From positions 124,001 through 188,000 of IMG/VR virus record IMGVR_UViG_3300046170_000378: 64,000 bases of DNA. One strand, written 5' to 3'. The position numbers were made by a program, and so were the translations under genes. The notes under the pieces were generated by a model. The model was given only the letters and a program-made list of their open reading frames with translations, did no database searches and was not told the DNA's origin. How positions within the stretch are numbered: the stretch's first letter is position 1; each line of letters begins with the position of its first letter. Below are positions 29,801 through 41,754 of this stretch, piece after piece.

Positions 29801-30760
29801 ATGCAGTCAATAAATCAACTCTTTACAGAGAAGTATCGTCCAAAAAATTTAGATGATTTGATTTTGCCAGATAGAGTCATGGCAAAATTTAAAGATGGAT
29901 TAGTCCAAAACATGTTGTTATCAGGGTTCACCAGGAACTGGTAAAACTTCATGTGCAAAAGCAATTGTTAATCAGTTTAAGCTACCATATCTTTATATTA
30001 ATGCGTCTACTGATACTTCAGTTGATGTTATTAGAACTAAGATTATAGATTTCTGTTCAACTGTGTCTATTATGGATGCACCTGGAATGTTCAAAGTAGT
30101 AATACTAGATGAGGTTGATGGAGTATCAGATCAATTCTTTAAAGCTTTGCGTGCAACAATGGAACAATTTGCTAGTAATTCTAGATTTATTGCAACATGT
30201 AATTACATTAACAAGCTACCAGATCCAATTCTTTCAAGATTTGAAGTTATTAATTTTGACTTTGATAAAGAAGAAGAATCAGAATTGACAAAGAAGTATA
30301 TTAAGCGAGTATACCAGATATGTGGTGATGAAGGTATGACAATTGAAAAACCAGCATTGGTTGAATTTGTTAGACGTAATTTTCCAGATTTAAGATCAAC
30401 TCTAAATAAGTTACAAGGGCTATAAAACACAAGGAACTTCTAATATTACAGTAGAAGATGTTAAGAAATTTAATTCTGTTTACAAAGATGTATTTGAACT
30501 TGTATTTAATGAGACAGATCCAGCTAAGAATTATCAACTTCTAGTTAGTAATTATGGTAATAAAGGTAGATGACATATTACAAACTTTAGGTGAAGAATT
30601 TGTTGAATATATACAACAAGAGAAATTACAACATATTAAACACATCCCTCAAATTATCATTACTGTTGCAAAACACCAAGCGCAACGAGTACATGTTATT
30701 GATCCAGTGATTACAATGTTAAGTTGTGTGTATGAAATACAATCTATTGTTAACTCTTAA
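29801..30760 (+). CDS. Clamp loader large subunit (gp44/RFC-like); three apparent indels
   Basis: EKYRP, GSPGTGKT, ILDEVD, TCNY, ILSRF, FPDLR. Confidence 0.9.
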
Positions 30761-30780
30761 AAAATAAGTTAGTATAAATT

Positions 30781-30810
30781 TTTTATTGTCAAATATTTTT
30801 GGTATATTAG
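30781..30810 (+). promoter_or_regulatory. Putative early promoter variant TTTTATTGTC-N9-TGGTATATTAG
   Basis: Matches the repeated motif family at 48604, 49993, 57863, 58159. Confidence 0.5.
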
Positions 30811-30834
30811 CAATAAGATAAAACAAATAAAGAT

Positions 30835-32103
30835 ATGAAAGTGGGAAAACACACACTATTAATCGACGGTAATTATTTTGTATTCAGTAGACTATTCGTC
30901 CTACCGAAACCTAAAAATGGAGTGCCATTGCTAGGCGATGATAAGCAAAAGTCTCAGTTTATGAGAAAGCTTGCTATTGATTTTGCATCAGAGATGCGTA
31001 AACTAAAAATGTTTGTAGATGATGTTGTATTAACAGTTGATTCTAAATCATGGCGTAAGGACTTATATCCTGAAGCAGATTACAAAGGTACTAGAAAGCA
31101 AAGTTCAGATGTGGATTGGACTGCAGTCTACGGAGTCTATGAAGAATTTCAAAAGATTGTAGCCAAAAAAGGTGTAACAGTACACCAGATCCAAGGCGCA
31201 GAAGCAGATGACGTAATTTTCGGATGGTCAACAATGCTTAATGCACGTGGCAAATCATGTATTGTATGGTCTGGTGATAAAGATCTTATTCAATTAGTAA
31301 ACTATTCAAATACTAATGATGCACACACATTGTGGTACTATAATACACGAAAGCAATTGTATGCATATAAAGGTTTTGCAGAAGATATGGCAACCTCTGC
31401 CGCTGCAGATCTATCAAACGACGATATGTTATTCAACATGGGCGGTCAAACGATGCTTAGAGATAATTATCAAGGTGACATTACGAATTGGATTACTGCC
31501 AATAAGATCTCTATTGAGGAAATAGATTGTGACGAGTTTATTCTTAAGAAGATCTTAACGGGCGACAAATCAGATAATATTCCTGCATGTGTTACATGGC
31601 AAAAAGAAATGAAGACAGGTAAGCTTCGTAATTATTCTTTAACAATGAAACATGCTGACACCATATATGATCAGTTTATTAAAGAATACGACAATTTTAT
31701 TATAGATCACCTGTTCTCTTCTGAATACAAAGATAAGCTATCTGATATAATTTATCGTGTAGTTGGTCATAGTACGCCCACACTCATTAAAGTAGCACTG
31801 TCAACGAATATTGCACTGATGTTATTGCATAATAAAACTATACCAGATGCAATACAACGTGCTATCTATGATTCTATTGAAAAGGATTGGGAAGGTGCAA
31901 TCGAGAATAAGGATTCTATTATGGAAATGGATAAAATATTAGAAGGCACTGGATGGTTGGATAAAGAAAATAGTTTTGCTCCCGATGCATTTGCAGGTAT
32001 GGACATTCCAAAAGAAGATAGCAAACCTAAAAGAAAGCCTATGAAATTGGTAGGTAAGAAAACTAAAAAAGTAACTAAGGATCCAACTAAAAAGTTATTT
32101 TAA
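30835..32103 (+). CDS. rnh: 5'-3' exonuclease / RNase H (T4 Rnh, FEN1-like)
   Basis: LLIDGNY, EADDVI, SGDKDL, GDKSDNIP. Confidence 0.9.
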   Translation: MKVGKHTLLIDGNYFVFSRLFVLPKPKNGVPLLGDDKQKSQFMRKLAIDFASEMRKLKMFVDDVVLTVDSKSWRKDLYPEADYKGTRKQSSDVDWTAVYGVYEEFQKIVAKKGVTVHQIQGAEADDVIFGWSTMLNARGKSCIVWSGDKDLIQLVNYSNTNDAHTLWYYNTRKQLYAYKGFAEDMATSAAADLSNDDMLFNMGGQTMLRDNYQGDITNWITANKISIEEIDCDEFILKKILTGDKSDNIPACVTWQKEMKTGKLRNYSLTMKHADTIYDQFIKEYDNFIIDHLFSSEYKDKLSDIIYRVVGHSTPTLIKVALSTNIALMLLHNKTIPDAIQRAIYDSIEKDWEGAIENKDSIMEMDKILEGTGWLDKENSFAPDAFAGMDIPKEDSKPKRKPMKLVGKKTKKVTKDPTKKLF

Positions 32104-32104
32104 T

Positions 32105-32266
32105 ATGACACTGACTGATTATATTCAAATAGAAGAAATATTAGCAGAAGCAAATGCACATAATCTAAAGCCAGAAGTTATTGAGCTAGCTAACAAAATA
32201 GAAATGCTCCATGATTTTTCAAAAGTAGATGCATATCAACATGCATTTAATACACTTATAGGGTAA
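32105..32266 (+). CDS. Hypothetical protein (53 aa)
   Basis: Manually read ORF MTLTDYIQIEEILAEANAH... Confidence 0.5.
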   Translation: MTLTDYIQIEEILAEANAHNLKPEVIELANKIEMLHDFSKVDAYQHAFNTLIG

Positions 32267-32290
32267 ACTTTCTTACCTAATAACATATAA
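32264..32290 (+). promoter_or_regulatory. Putative middle promoter variant TAAAC-N17-TATAA
   Basis: Same spacing; upstream of gp62-like gene. Confidence 0.45.
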
Positions 32291-32295
32291 TAAGT

Positions 32296-32727
32296 ATGCT
32301 AGACGAAACTAAATTATTTGACTTCGTAAAGATAATGTTTACGAAAAAAAGTCAATACGATAAAATAAAAAATCACAACAAAAAACGCCATCATTTTATG
32401 ATCAATCGTTTTATGGCTATTAAATATCCAGCGAATGCTCAGTTGTTTAACGTTAATGGAATTAGTGGTGCTAATGTTGTAGAATCTTGGGCAATGGTAG
32501 CTCAAAGATTTAAATCTGTACCAGGGTGGTTTTATACAAAAACCAAGAAATCGGCCACAAAAAATAAAGCTGATAAATATATTCCAACAGAACAATCTAT
32601 TCAAATATATCTTAATAAAAACGAGATAGGAATGAGAGAGTTTAATGAACTTAAAGTTTTTGCAAAAGAAGAACTTTATTCTGATTTAAAAAAAATAGAA
32701 GCCCAGGTCGATGTCTACAGGAAATAG
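32296..32727 (+). CDS. Probable clamp loader small subunit (gp62-like)
   Basis: HFMINRFMA resembles gp62 PFMINRALS; size fits. Confidence 0.5.
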   Translation: MLDETKLFDFVKIMFTKKSQYDKIKNHNKKRHHFMINRFMAIKYPANAQLFNVNGISGANVVESWAMVAQRFKSVPGWFYTKTKKSATKNKADKYIPTEQSIQIYLNKNEIGMREFNELKVFAKEELYSDLKKIEAQVDVYRK

Positions 32728-33361
32728 AGATAATTTTTCAGAGGTAATAGATATTACATTACATAAATATAATTCTATTGATCTAAGATTGTGGGGAATA
32801 ATCTCTAGATTTTCTACCGCTAAAACTTTAGGGGACAACACTATGTTGCTTTCAGTAGAAGATCTTAGAAAAATAATTTACAATGCATTTAAATCTGAAA
32901 TATCTAGGTTTAAAGCAATAAGTGATGTTGCCATTCATAAAGAAGCCACATCTATTTACTTTATAAATCAAATATTAGATACGATGTCTAATTTGATGTG
33001 GGTTAAATTTACACTTAACACTAATTCTAGTTATAGTAGAATCGTCAATATCGATCAAATAAAAACTATTAAATTTAGTACAAAAACACTTAGAGGTAGT
33101 ATTAGACTATTTGATATTTTTAATGAACACGAAGCTGATGTAGCAGGAATGATTCTAAGAAGGGCTAATCTATTGGGACCTGAAGATCATTTTATGGTCA
33201 TGAGAGTTAGAAAGTTTTTATCTACATTAGATTTATTCTTATCAGAGAATAATACCACTGAAGTTTATAACATAATCAACGCAATCATTCAACGAGTAGA
33301 GGTATACGAATCTGATGACCCAGAGATGCTTTTAATAGCTGACAAAAAATCAGATATATAA
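32711..33361 (+). CDS. Hypothetical protein
   Basis: ORF track. Confidence 0.6.
   Translation: MSTGNRDNFSEVIDITLHKYNSIDLRLWGIISRFSTAKTLGDNTMLLSVEDLRKIIYNAFKSEISRFKAISDVAIHKEATSIYFINQILDTMSNLMWVKFTLNTNSSYSRIVNIDQIKTIKFSTKTLRGSIRLFDIFNEHEADVAGMILRRANLLGPEDHFMVMRVRKFLSTLDLFLSENNTTEVYNIINAIIQRVEVYESDDPEMLLIADKKSDI
33353..33360 (+). promoter_or_regulatory. Putative late promoter GATATATA
   Basis: Upstream of neck gene. Confidence 0.55.
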
Positions 33362-33391
33362 ATAAAAATAGGTCGTAGACTTTAATCGTTA

Positions 33392-35329
33392 ATGGTAACT
33401 AATTTTACAGCAAATCAAATCGGTGACTTTATGTTCGCTAAACTTGTAGATCCTTATGAGGATATTACTAAAGTTACGGGCTGGAATGTTACTACGGGTG
33501 TTTCTACACCAAATACTGTTGGACTTTTATCTATGTCTCTTGGCGGTTTCAATATCACAGGAATAGACACTAACTTAGATTTAGTTCCAGGTGAAAAAAT
33601 ATTGATTTCTAATTATACAGTTACTGTTGATGCTATAATTAGCCCTAACGAGTTTACTATTTTAGAAGGAGCTCCGATTTCAACTACAGGAATCAAATTC
33701 TATAAAAAACCAGATTCTAATAATCATTTTGAATATTCATATAGATGGTCTCAAAATGGTCCTAGTACAGATGGTGGACAAATGTCTCCATCTAGGGTAT
33801 TAAATATGGGTACTGGACCTAATGATTTATTAGGCCAAACATTTGATCCTACAAAGCCGCTTTGGTTAGACGTTAAAGCAGAGGTTAATAGATTAAGTGA
33901 CTACAACACAATAACATTATTAAGTGTTACATTTGAATTACTTTCTGAGAACGGTGTAATAGAAAGTTGTCCACAATTTTGTGGGGATTGTGATGACGCA
34001 TGGTCAATGAGTGGATGTGCTAATATTGTTATAGACTGTGATGCACCGTTATATGATCCATATAATTTACAGAGGCCAGTTGATACTTATAGAGATATAA
34101 GTGAATTATCTTCAGAAATGTGGGGTCACCCAGTAAAATACTTTAGAGTAGAACCTGACAAAAGGTCGAGTGATGTGGTGTTAATGGAATATTCGCTGTA
34201 TAATGTAACAGAAAACGCGGAACTTAAAATAATGGTGCCAGACAATGCAATGCCTACCCAAGAATTTCAATATGATATTTTTGGAATGGGGTTTGAAGAC
34301 TTTGAGGTGCATATTACGCAAGGCCAATTTAAAGCGGCATTTGGTTTAGGACCAAGTCCTAGATCTAGAGATTACTTATATTTCCCACTAATGAATAGGA
34401 TGTACGAAGTACGTACGGTTTCTTTCGCAGATGAATTCAATATGGATATGACGTATTGGAGAGTAATGCTAACTAAATACGAAGAAAGAACAAGCTCTAT
34501 ACATACCGATACTGCAATTGAACAAGAGGTAGATGATTTAGTTACGGGAATAGAAGAGGTATTTGGTGAAGAGTTACAAGAAGAATATGCAAAGGTAACT
34601 AAACCAGAACAATATAAAACAGTTTTTAGTGAAGTTAATGATGGCACTAGATATAAAATACATAATGATTTAACTATCAAAGATACTGAAATTAGAAATC
34701 AGTGGACAATCGTAGCCAAAAACTGTTATGATATGTCTAGTATTAAAGATGTTGGCGTTGAAGCATTACAATATGTAAAAAAATCACAATTAGCAGTTGA
34801 TAAAAATCTAGCAATGACACTTTGGTTTAGACCTGGTGATAAATCATTTACTTCAATTAATCCAAATATAAACTTAGTAAAGGGTAGAACAGGATCTAAG
34901 GGATTAAGCTTAGAAACTTCTAAAGATTCAATTACAATAAAGTTAAACAACGATACACATACATTTAATTACAATTCTGAATTAGAACACAATGTATGGT
35001 ATGGTGTTGTATTTAATTTAAGTAATACTTATTTCGGGCTAAGTGTTGATGTTTATAGATTAGATCCTATGAGCAATTGGCAAAACGGCCAATCAATACA
35101 GGATACATTGACTTCAGTATTATCAGAAAAACTAGATAGTATTACCCCATATGGTTGGACAACGCCTGACAGATGGTCTCTGATGCCAGGTCCACATGAA
35201 ATAACAAACATAAGGTTATTTAATAAAGTTATTGGAGATGAACAACATATTAATCTTTTACAACAGTATGTCGTTAGAGATAATCAATATGCACATATTA
35301 TCGACAATGCAATACCTTCTATCAACTAA
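33392..35329 (+). CDS. Neck/head-closure protein (gp14-like core) with N- and C-terminal extensions (C-terminus LamG-like); last codons may be affected by an indel
   Basis: SEMWGHPVKYFRV, RDYLYFPLMNRMYEV..V...F....YWRVML; C-terminal MTLWFRP..WYGVVF..ITNIRLFN. Confidence 0.6.
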   Translation: MVTNFTANQIGDFMFAKLVDPYEDITKVTGWNVTTGVSTPNTVGLLSMSLGGFNITGIDTNLDLVPGEKILISNYTVTVDAIISPNEFTILEGAPISTTGIKFYKKPDSNNHFEYSYRWSQNGPSTDGGQMSPSRVLNMGTGPNDLLGQTFDPTKPLWLDVKAEVNRLSDYNTITLLSVTFELLSENGVIESCPQFCGDCDDAWSMSGCANIVIDCDAPLYDPYNLQRPVDTYRDISELSSEMWGHPVKYFRVEPDKRSSDVVLMEYSLYNVTENAELKIMVPDNAMPTQEFQYDIFGMGFEDFEVHITQGQFKAAFGLGPSPRSRDYLYFPLMNRMYEVRTVSFADEFNMDMTYWRVMLTKYEERTSSIHTDTAIEQEVDDLVTGIEEVFGEELQEEYAKVTKPEQYKTVFSEVNDGTRYKIHNDLTIKDTEIRNQWTIVAKNCYDMSSIKDVGVEALQYVKKSQLAVDKNLAMTLWFRPGDKSFTSINPNINLVKGRTGSKGLSLETSKDSITIKLNNDTHTFNYNSELEHNVWYGVVFNLSNTYFGLSVDVYRLDPMSNWQNGQSIQDTLTSVLSEKLDSITPYGWTTPDRWSLMPGPHEITNIRLFNKVIGDEQHINLLQQYVVRDNQYAHIIDNAIPSIN

Positions 35330-35388
35330 GACGCTACAATCAAGCTAGATAAATTAGTAACAAATTAATTTGTTACAATGTTTTATTA

Positions 35389-35396
35389 GATATATA
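35389..35396 (+). promoter_or_regulatory. Putative late promoter GATATATA
   Basis: Upstream of terminase genes. Confidence 0.55.
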
Positions 35397-35413
35397 GATT
35401 ATAATATAATAAT

Positions 35414-36080
35414 ATGAGCGAAGACAAAAAGAAAAGCATTTCGGATCAAGCTGATGAAATCAGAAAAGAATTAGATGCTTTAATAGGTGAAAATCAAATG
35501 GATGTAGAAACAGATCCGACCGATTTACCAATGATACAGAGAGAAACTAGTTTAGCTCCTGTAAATTATACCGAATTAAAATCAAGTGCTGCTAAAAAAG
35601 CAACAAAAACTATTACGTCCCTGATGAAGTTTTATCTCGATGCAGATATTATTGAAAAGGACGAATATATTCAAGCAAAAAAGAAAATGGATGAAATGAC
35701 AATGTCGTCATTGATCTATCAACTACAGGCAGGCGAAAGAGCACTTACAACACTATTAGAAACTATAGATTCTGGAGAATTGGCACCAAGGATGTTCGAA
35801 GTACTTGCAACTCTACAGAAATCAATGTTAGATATTATTAAATCTCAGACCATGTATTTAATGGCTGCAGAAGAATCTACTAAAAGAATAGCCAGAGATA
35901 TTGAGATTTATAGAAAAAGAGATGATGTTGCAGAAATTGAAGCAGCCGGTGGAGATTCATCAGAAAGAAATGTACAAAGAGGGTACAAAAGATTTAATGG
36001 CTGCAATTCAAGCAGGTATTAATCAAACAAAAGAAGAAGATATAGAAGACGTCGATATAGAAGAGTCTGACGAAGAATAA
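35414..36080 (+). CDS. Terminase small subunit (gp16-like); one apparent indel at ~35980
   Basis: DSGELAPRMFEVLATL parallels gp16 HPRAYEV; RGTKDL parallels GST.EL; directly upstream of large subunit. Confidence 0.6.
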
Positions 36081-37913
36081 TGAGCGATTACGTAGGAGAC
36101 AATAAATGGATACCAAAAGAAGACACTGCACAAGCAGCTTCTGATAGGATTGTTTGGTCTACTAAACAAGTAGACGATCTTATGCTTGCACTTGATCAAG
36201 GGTACAGGCCAAAGGTTGCAATGCCATTTTATGAAGGTAAACAGTTTCTACGTAAAGGTAATATTGTATTTGAATACACAGATGAAGAAATTACTGAATT
36301 AGCTAGATGTGCTCAAGACATCGTTTACTTTGCAGAAAAATATGCAGTAGTAATGACAGATGATGGTATTCAACAAGTAAAACTTAGAGAATATCAAAAA
36401 AGAATGTTGAGAAACTTTCAAAATGAAAGATTTAACATTGTTCTTGCATCTCGACAAATGGGTAAAACAGTAACTGCATCAATATTTAATGCGTGGTATG
36501 TTACTTTTAACACAGACAAAAATACACTTTTATTAGCTAATAAATCTGACTCGACAAAGGAAATTATAGATAAAGCAAAAGGTTGTAGTTGAAAATTTAC
36601 CATTCTTCATGAAGCCTGGTATTATCAAATATGACGTGATGAACGTGAGATGTGATAATGGTTGTCGATTAATAGGACAATCAACTACAGCAAAATCAGG
36701 TATTGGTTTTACAATTCACAACCTATACTTAGATGAGTTTGCCCACATTCACCCATCGATAGCCGATACTTTTTATGAAAATGTATATCCAACGCTATCG
36801 TCTTCTAAAGTTTCTAGAATTACTATTACTTCTACACCAAACGGATTTAATAAATTTTATAATATTTATGCCGCTGCAGAACGAGGTGATAACGAATACC
36901 ATGCAATGCGTATTGATTGGTGGGAACACCCAGACAGAGATGACGCATGGTATGAAAGAGAGCTGGCAAATTTAGGTACTATTGAGGCATTTAATAAACA
37001 ATATGGAAATGAATTTGTTTCGTCTTCAAACCTACTTCTAGATCCAGTCGATATGAAGAAAATGCGTAAGCGTATGAAAAAATATATTCATAACGAGTTT
37101 GATCAATTTGATTACATTAGTATTGATGTAAAAGACTATTTAACATGGGACCCTGAATTTGATATTGAAACATGTAAAGATGGTGGCAATTTTTGGTTAT
37201 TTTCGGTAGATATAGCAGAAGGAAATGGAGGTGATTATTCAGTGATTAATATTTTTAAAATAGATCACATGAATGAACAAGAAATAAAAAACGTTGTAAA
37301 TCCTGGAGCGATGTATGATTTCTTTAAATTTAAACAAGTTGCAGTCTTTAGGTCTAACGAACATGTTATTGAAGATTTTGCTAAAATACTATATACACTA
37401 AGCGTTGATATTTTCAATCCAGAGAATGTTAAGATGGTAGTAGAATACAACACATATGGTACTGTACTTTTCCAATACTTAGGAACTGTGTTTCCGCAAA
37501 GAAACGATTTTGATGAAGAGATGATTGTTAGATTTAAGCACAGACATGATAGTAAAACACTAAAACCAGGAATAAAATTAAAAACAGATAATAAAGCAAT
37601 ATTTTGTCAGAATTTTGCAAAATTATACAAGATAAATAGATTAGATTTGACAGATGAATCAACGATAGTAGAAGCTAGTTTGTTTGGTACATTAAGAAAT
37701 GGAAGTTACGGAGCTCAAATGGGAAATGACGATACCATTATGACAGCGATTACCGGAACAGAATTTTTTAATACCACAGACTATGCAGATTATATTGAGG
37801 AACTCTTAGATGTCATTGACCCTGATGTCCACGATGCAATGGAAAGAATCTTATTTAAAGATAACTCTGAGCAAGGGGATTTACAGTTTGACATTTATGA
37901 TCTGCTTAAATAA
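36080..37913 (+). CDS. Terminase large subunit (gp17); one apparent indel at ~36580
   Basis: SRQMGKT, LYLDEFA, ITSTPNG, SVDIAEGNGGDYS, NDDTIM. Confidence 0.92.
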
Positions 37914-37931
37914 ATTTACTAAACGGAAACG

Positions 37932-37939
37932 GATATATA
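37932..37939 (+). promoter_or_regulatory. Putative late promoter GATATATA
   Basis: Upstream of tail sheath. Confidence 0.6.
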
Positions 37940-37971
37940 ATAAAAGAACAAAAAAATAAACTAGAAAAATT

Positions 37972-40848
37972 ATGGCATTAAGTCCTCAATTACAACAGTT
38001 CAAAAGCTCAGGCGTATATCGTCTAGAGTTTGACAAATCACAAACTGTTAACATTCCAGCTGAAACTATTAGATTAGTTGTAGGTAGATCTAAAAAAGGT
38101 CCTTACAATACTCCAGTATTCATTGAAGATGTTGAACAGTTTACACAAGTTTTTGGCGGTGTAGATAAGTCTTTAGAAAAGAAAGGAATGTTTTTCCACA
38201 GATCTGCAATCGAAACTCTATCAAGAGGCCCAATCTTGGCACTAAACTTAACTGAAGCGGATATAGCTGACAAAGTAGCAATTGTATCTCCTTCAACTAA
38301 TTCTAGTCAAGAAGGCGGAACGGCAATAAACTTAGAAGCACAATATAGCGCAGTTTTCGATACAGATAAATTCTGGAATCCAGCTGACTATAAATTATTA
38401 GCTGCTGCAAATAATGAAGAAGAGACTTCTGATAACGCAATTTCATTTGTAAATATCAAGCAAGATCCTATTACTATCATTATTAGACAAGCTGCTAACA
38501 CTGAAGGTTTCAACTTAACAGCAAGAGAATGGTACGGAGAAGCTAACATTCCAGAAGGAATCGAAGAATTAGAATACGTATCTGACTACATGGTAGATGT
38601 AATGATCTTTAAAGGTAAGTTTGATGCAGCTGCATTAAACAATGACCCAACATATGGTGAAATGTTTGAACAAAGCGGTCTTAAAAGATCTGAGCTTTCA
38701 AAATTTGCTGCACTAAGAGAAGTTACTTTATTAGCACAATACACTGGATCACTTATTCCTGACTTTATGGATAATGAAGGTCGTCAATTATACATTGAGA
38801 CTTTAATTAATCTTGAAGCTAGAAGAACTGGTTTATTCTGTGCAATTAATGAAGAAGCATTAGAAAGAATCGATCTAGTAGGTAAAAACTTTAATATCTA
38901 CCAAGATTATCAAGTACTTTCACACAGAGTTGACCAAACTGTAACATCAGATGACGTTGCATTTGGTAAAGTAATGATCGTTGATGGTAATGAATTAGAA
39001 GTAGCTGATTTATCTGCTGCAGAATTAGCACTATTATCAACTCCAGTTGTACCTGGTAAATTCTTAAACTCATCAGTTTCAGGAGAATGGTTACAAATCT
39101 CATCTGTTGAAAACAGAGTAGACGGATCTGGCAACATTATAGGTTCTACTATTAAAACCTGAAGAAGGTACTTTTGACAAAGTTGAATACGAAGCATATG
39201 ACAGTGACGCTGCAAATGTTGCACCAGGCTACATGGGTAAGCAGGCGTAGATATTACAGTTGATGTTGATGGTTCTCTTATCATATCAAGTAACGCATGG
39301 ACACAAGGTCAAGTATTAGAAGGAAACTTCTTACCAAGTGCATCTAATGGTGAATTTGTTGCTATTTCAGCAGTTGATGTTAATTATGGTCAAGACGGAG
39401 ATCAAATTAGAATCGCACCTGCAGGTGGAGAAGCATTCTCTGCATCTTTCAACGGCTTAACAGGTATTACTACATTACAAGCTTCAGTTAGAAAAGCAAC
39501 CGAAACAGGCATTAGTATCTGTAGGTTGATCCTAACGACAGAGCGGTATTATTACCAAACGTTGGTTCAGGATGGAGCTTTGATGATATGGGTGCAGGTA
39601 AAATTATTTACTCTTACACTGGTACAGAACTAGATCCATTTAACTGGGCAGACGTTAAGGTTGGAATGTACATTCCTACTAAAAGCGGAAACTTAGCTAA
39701 AATTCAAAGAAAAGTAAAAGTTGTAGATGGTACAACTACTAAATATGAATTCCAAGTTCATAGAGATGTTGAGAACGAAAGACCTGGACATGCTCTTAAG
39801 AGATACGAAGAATCTACTGAACTTTATACAATGTTCCCATTAAATGGCGCAACACATACGCCTAAGAAAATTGCAGAATTAATGGCAGCAATTAAGCCAG
39901 GTACTGGTTTAGGTAATGCATTAGTAGACAAAGATAACATTACATTTAGATATGTTGTTGATACCTTTTGGATCATTAGAAGATGGTACTATCTTAAATA
40001 AAGAAGAATTAACACTTCTTTGTAAAGAAAGACAAAACGCATCAGCTATCCTAAATGCACCAATGGTAAAAGAATTGAAGAAATCAACAAATCCTTCATT
40101 CTTAAATACTTTATCTGGAGCATTTGATGTTAACACAATAGCAACTGGTGGTAATTTAGATTTAAATCCATCATTATTGTATACACTACCTTCAATCAAC
40201 GAAGGTGCTAACTACGGATTCTACTATGGTCCTGGTTTAAATGTACTTGAGAACGGTAAAACGTTGGTAATTCCACCAGCAGGTTACGTATCTAACAACT
40301 ACATTGATAAGTATACAAGTGCTTTACCATGGTCAATCATCGCAGGACCAAGAAGAGGTGTTGTTGGTGGTACAGGTGTACAAAGTGTTGAATTTGCATT
40401 CGATAAGAATGACAGAGATGTACTTGAGCCATTTGGTTACAACCCAATCGTATTCGAAAGAGGCGTTGGTCTTACAATCAAAGGTAACAAAACTGCACAA
40501 CAAGGAATTCAATCAGCATTATCTTCTGCACACGTTAGAGAAGCAATGATCTACATCGAAGATGGTTTAGCTGAGATATTGAAGAACTACTTGTTCGAGT
40601 TTAATACTGCTCAAACTAGATTAGAGATTAAAACTTTAGCAGACAACTTTATGGAGTCAGTTAAGAAAGATCAAGGTGTTTACGATTACAGAAACATCAT
40701 GGACGGAACTAACAACACTAACGAAGTTATTGACAACAACATGGGTATTTTAGATACTTACGTTGAGCCAGTTAAAGGTCTTGAAATCTTAGTATCGAGA
40801 GTAACAATCTTGAATACAGGAGAAATCGCAACAGGTAACTTTGCATAA
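37972..40848 (+). CDS. Contractile tail sheath protein (gp18-like, ~950 aa); several apparent indels between ~39150 and ~39970
   Basis: SSGVYRLEFD, VVGRSKKGPYNTPV, PWSIIAGPRRG, GYNPI, KGNKT, HVREAM, FEFNTAQTR. Confidence 0.88.
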
Positions 40849-40856
40849 GAAAACTA

Positions 40857-40864
40857 GATATATA
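40857..40864 (+). promoter_or_regulatory. Putative late promoter GATATATA
   Basis: Upstream of tail tube. Confidence 0.6.
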
Positions 40865-40885
40865 AAATAAACAAAGATAAAAATT

Positions 40886-41443
40886 ATGGCTTTACCACAT
40901 TATTCAGAGGATCAAACTCAAAAGAAAGGTAGAAATTTTGAAGCTGTACAGGCTAACCTGTTCGAAGTAACAATCTTACCACCAGACGGTGTAACAGGAC
41001 AAGGAATGTTATTACAGCACATTAACTCTATCTCAGGACTTGACACTCTACACAGGGAAGTAGCTGCGGTTGAACAAAAGTACAAGTTTGCTACCAGATC
41101 ATTTGCTGGTATGCCTGACGGAACTGCGATTGACGTAACAGTTAACTTTACATTAAACCTAAACGATTCTAACCAAGCTTACTTATACAAGACTATAAGA
41201 CAATGGTACAGATCTCAATATAATCCAGAAACTGGTGAAATGGGTCTTAAAAAGAATTACGTAGGTACAATTGTAATCGTACAATTCAACAGAGAAGGAG
41301 ATATTTACAGAAAGGTAACACTTGATGATTGTTTCATTACTTCTGGAGTTGGTTTCACAGGTGAATTAAACTATGAAACTGCTGATCCACAAACATTAGA
41401 GATCACTTGGAGAGCTGATGTTTGGGCTGAAGAACTAAACTAA
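40886..41443 (+). CDS. Tail tube protein (gp19-like)
   Basis: Follows sheath; NLFEVTI, IRQWY, IVQFNREG..YRKVTLDDCF, LEITWRAD. Confidence 0.85.
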   Translation: MALPHYSEDQTQKKGRNFEAVQANLFEVTILPPDGVTGQGMLLQHINSISGLDTLHREVAAVEQKYKFATRSFAGMPDGTAIDVTVNFTLNLNDSNQAYLYKTIRQWYRSQYNPETGEMGLKKNYVGTIVIVQFNREGDIYRKVTLDDCFITSGVGFTGELNYETADPQTLEITWRADVWAEELN

Positions 41444-41452
41444 GATAAATTT

Positions 41453-41490
41453 AAAGGAGAGGATGCTTCTGTATCTTCTCCTTTTATTTT
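41453..41490 (+). terminator. Rho-independent terminator
   Basis: AAAGGAGAGGATGC...GTATCTTCTCCTTTTATTTT. Confidence 0.7.
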
Positions 41491-41530
41491 GCACAGAAAA
41501 TATATTATATTATTAACATATCAAAATATT

Positions 41531-41753
41531 ATGAATAACAATAAATTAACCAAAAAAGCTCCAAGTGCTTCTAACAGAAGCCGAAGTACGAGAGGTTAAT
41601 CGGGTTATTTTAAATGAAGCATTAGAAACAGAAACTCGCCCAGTATCAGTAAGTGCATGGATACGAGATCTTATTCAAAAAGAGTTATCTTTAAAAACAC
41701 CCGATCAAAAATCAATTTTAAAACAAACACTTAAAAACCTAAAAGACAAATAA
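41531..41753 (+). CDS. Small ribbon-helix-helix-like DNA-binding protein (one apparent indel near 41558)
   Basis: KLQVLLTEAEVREVN...SVSAWIRDLIQKEL strand-helix-helix pattern. Confidence 0.5.
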
Positions 41754-41754
41754 T

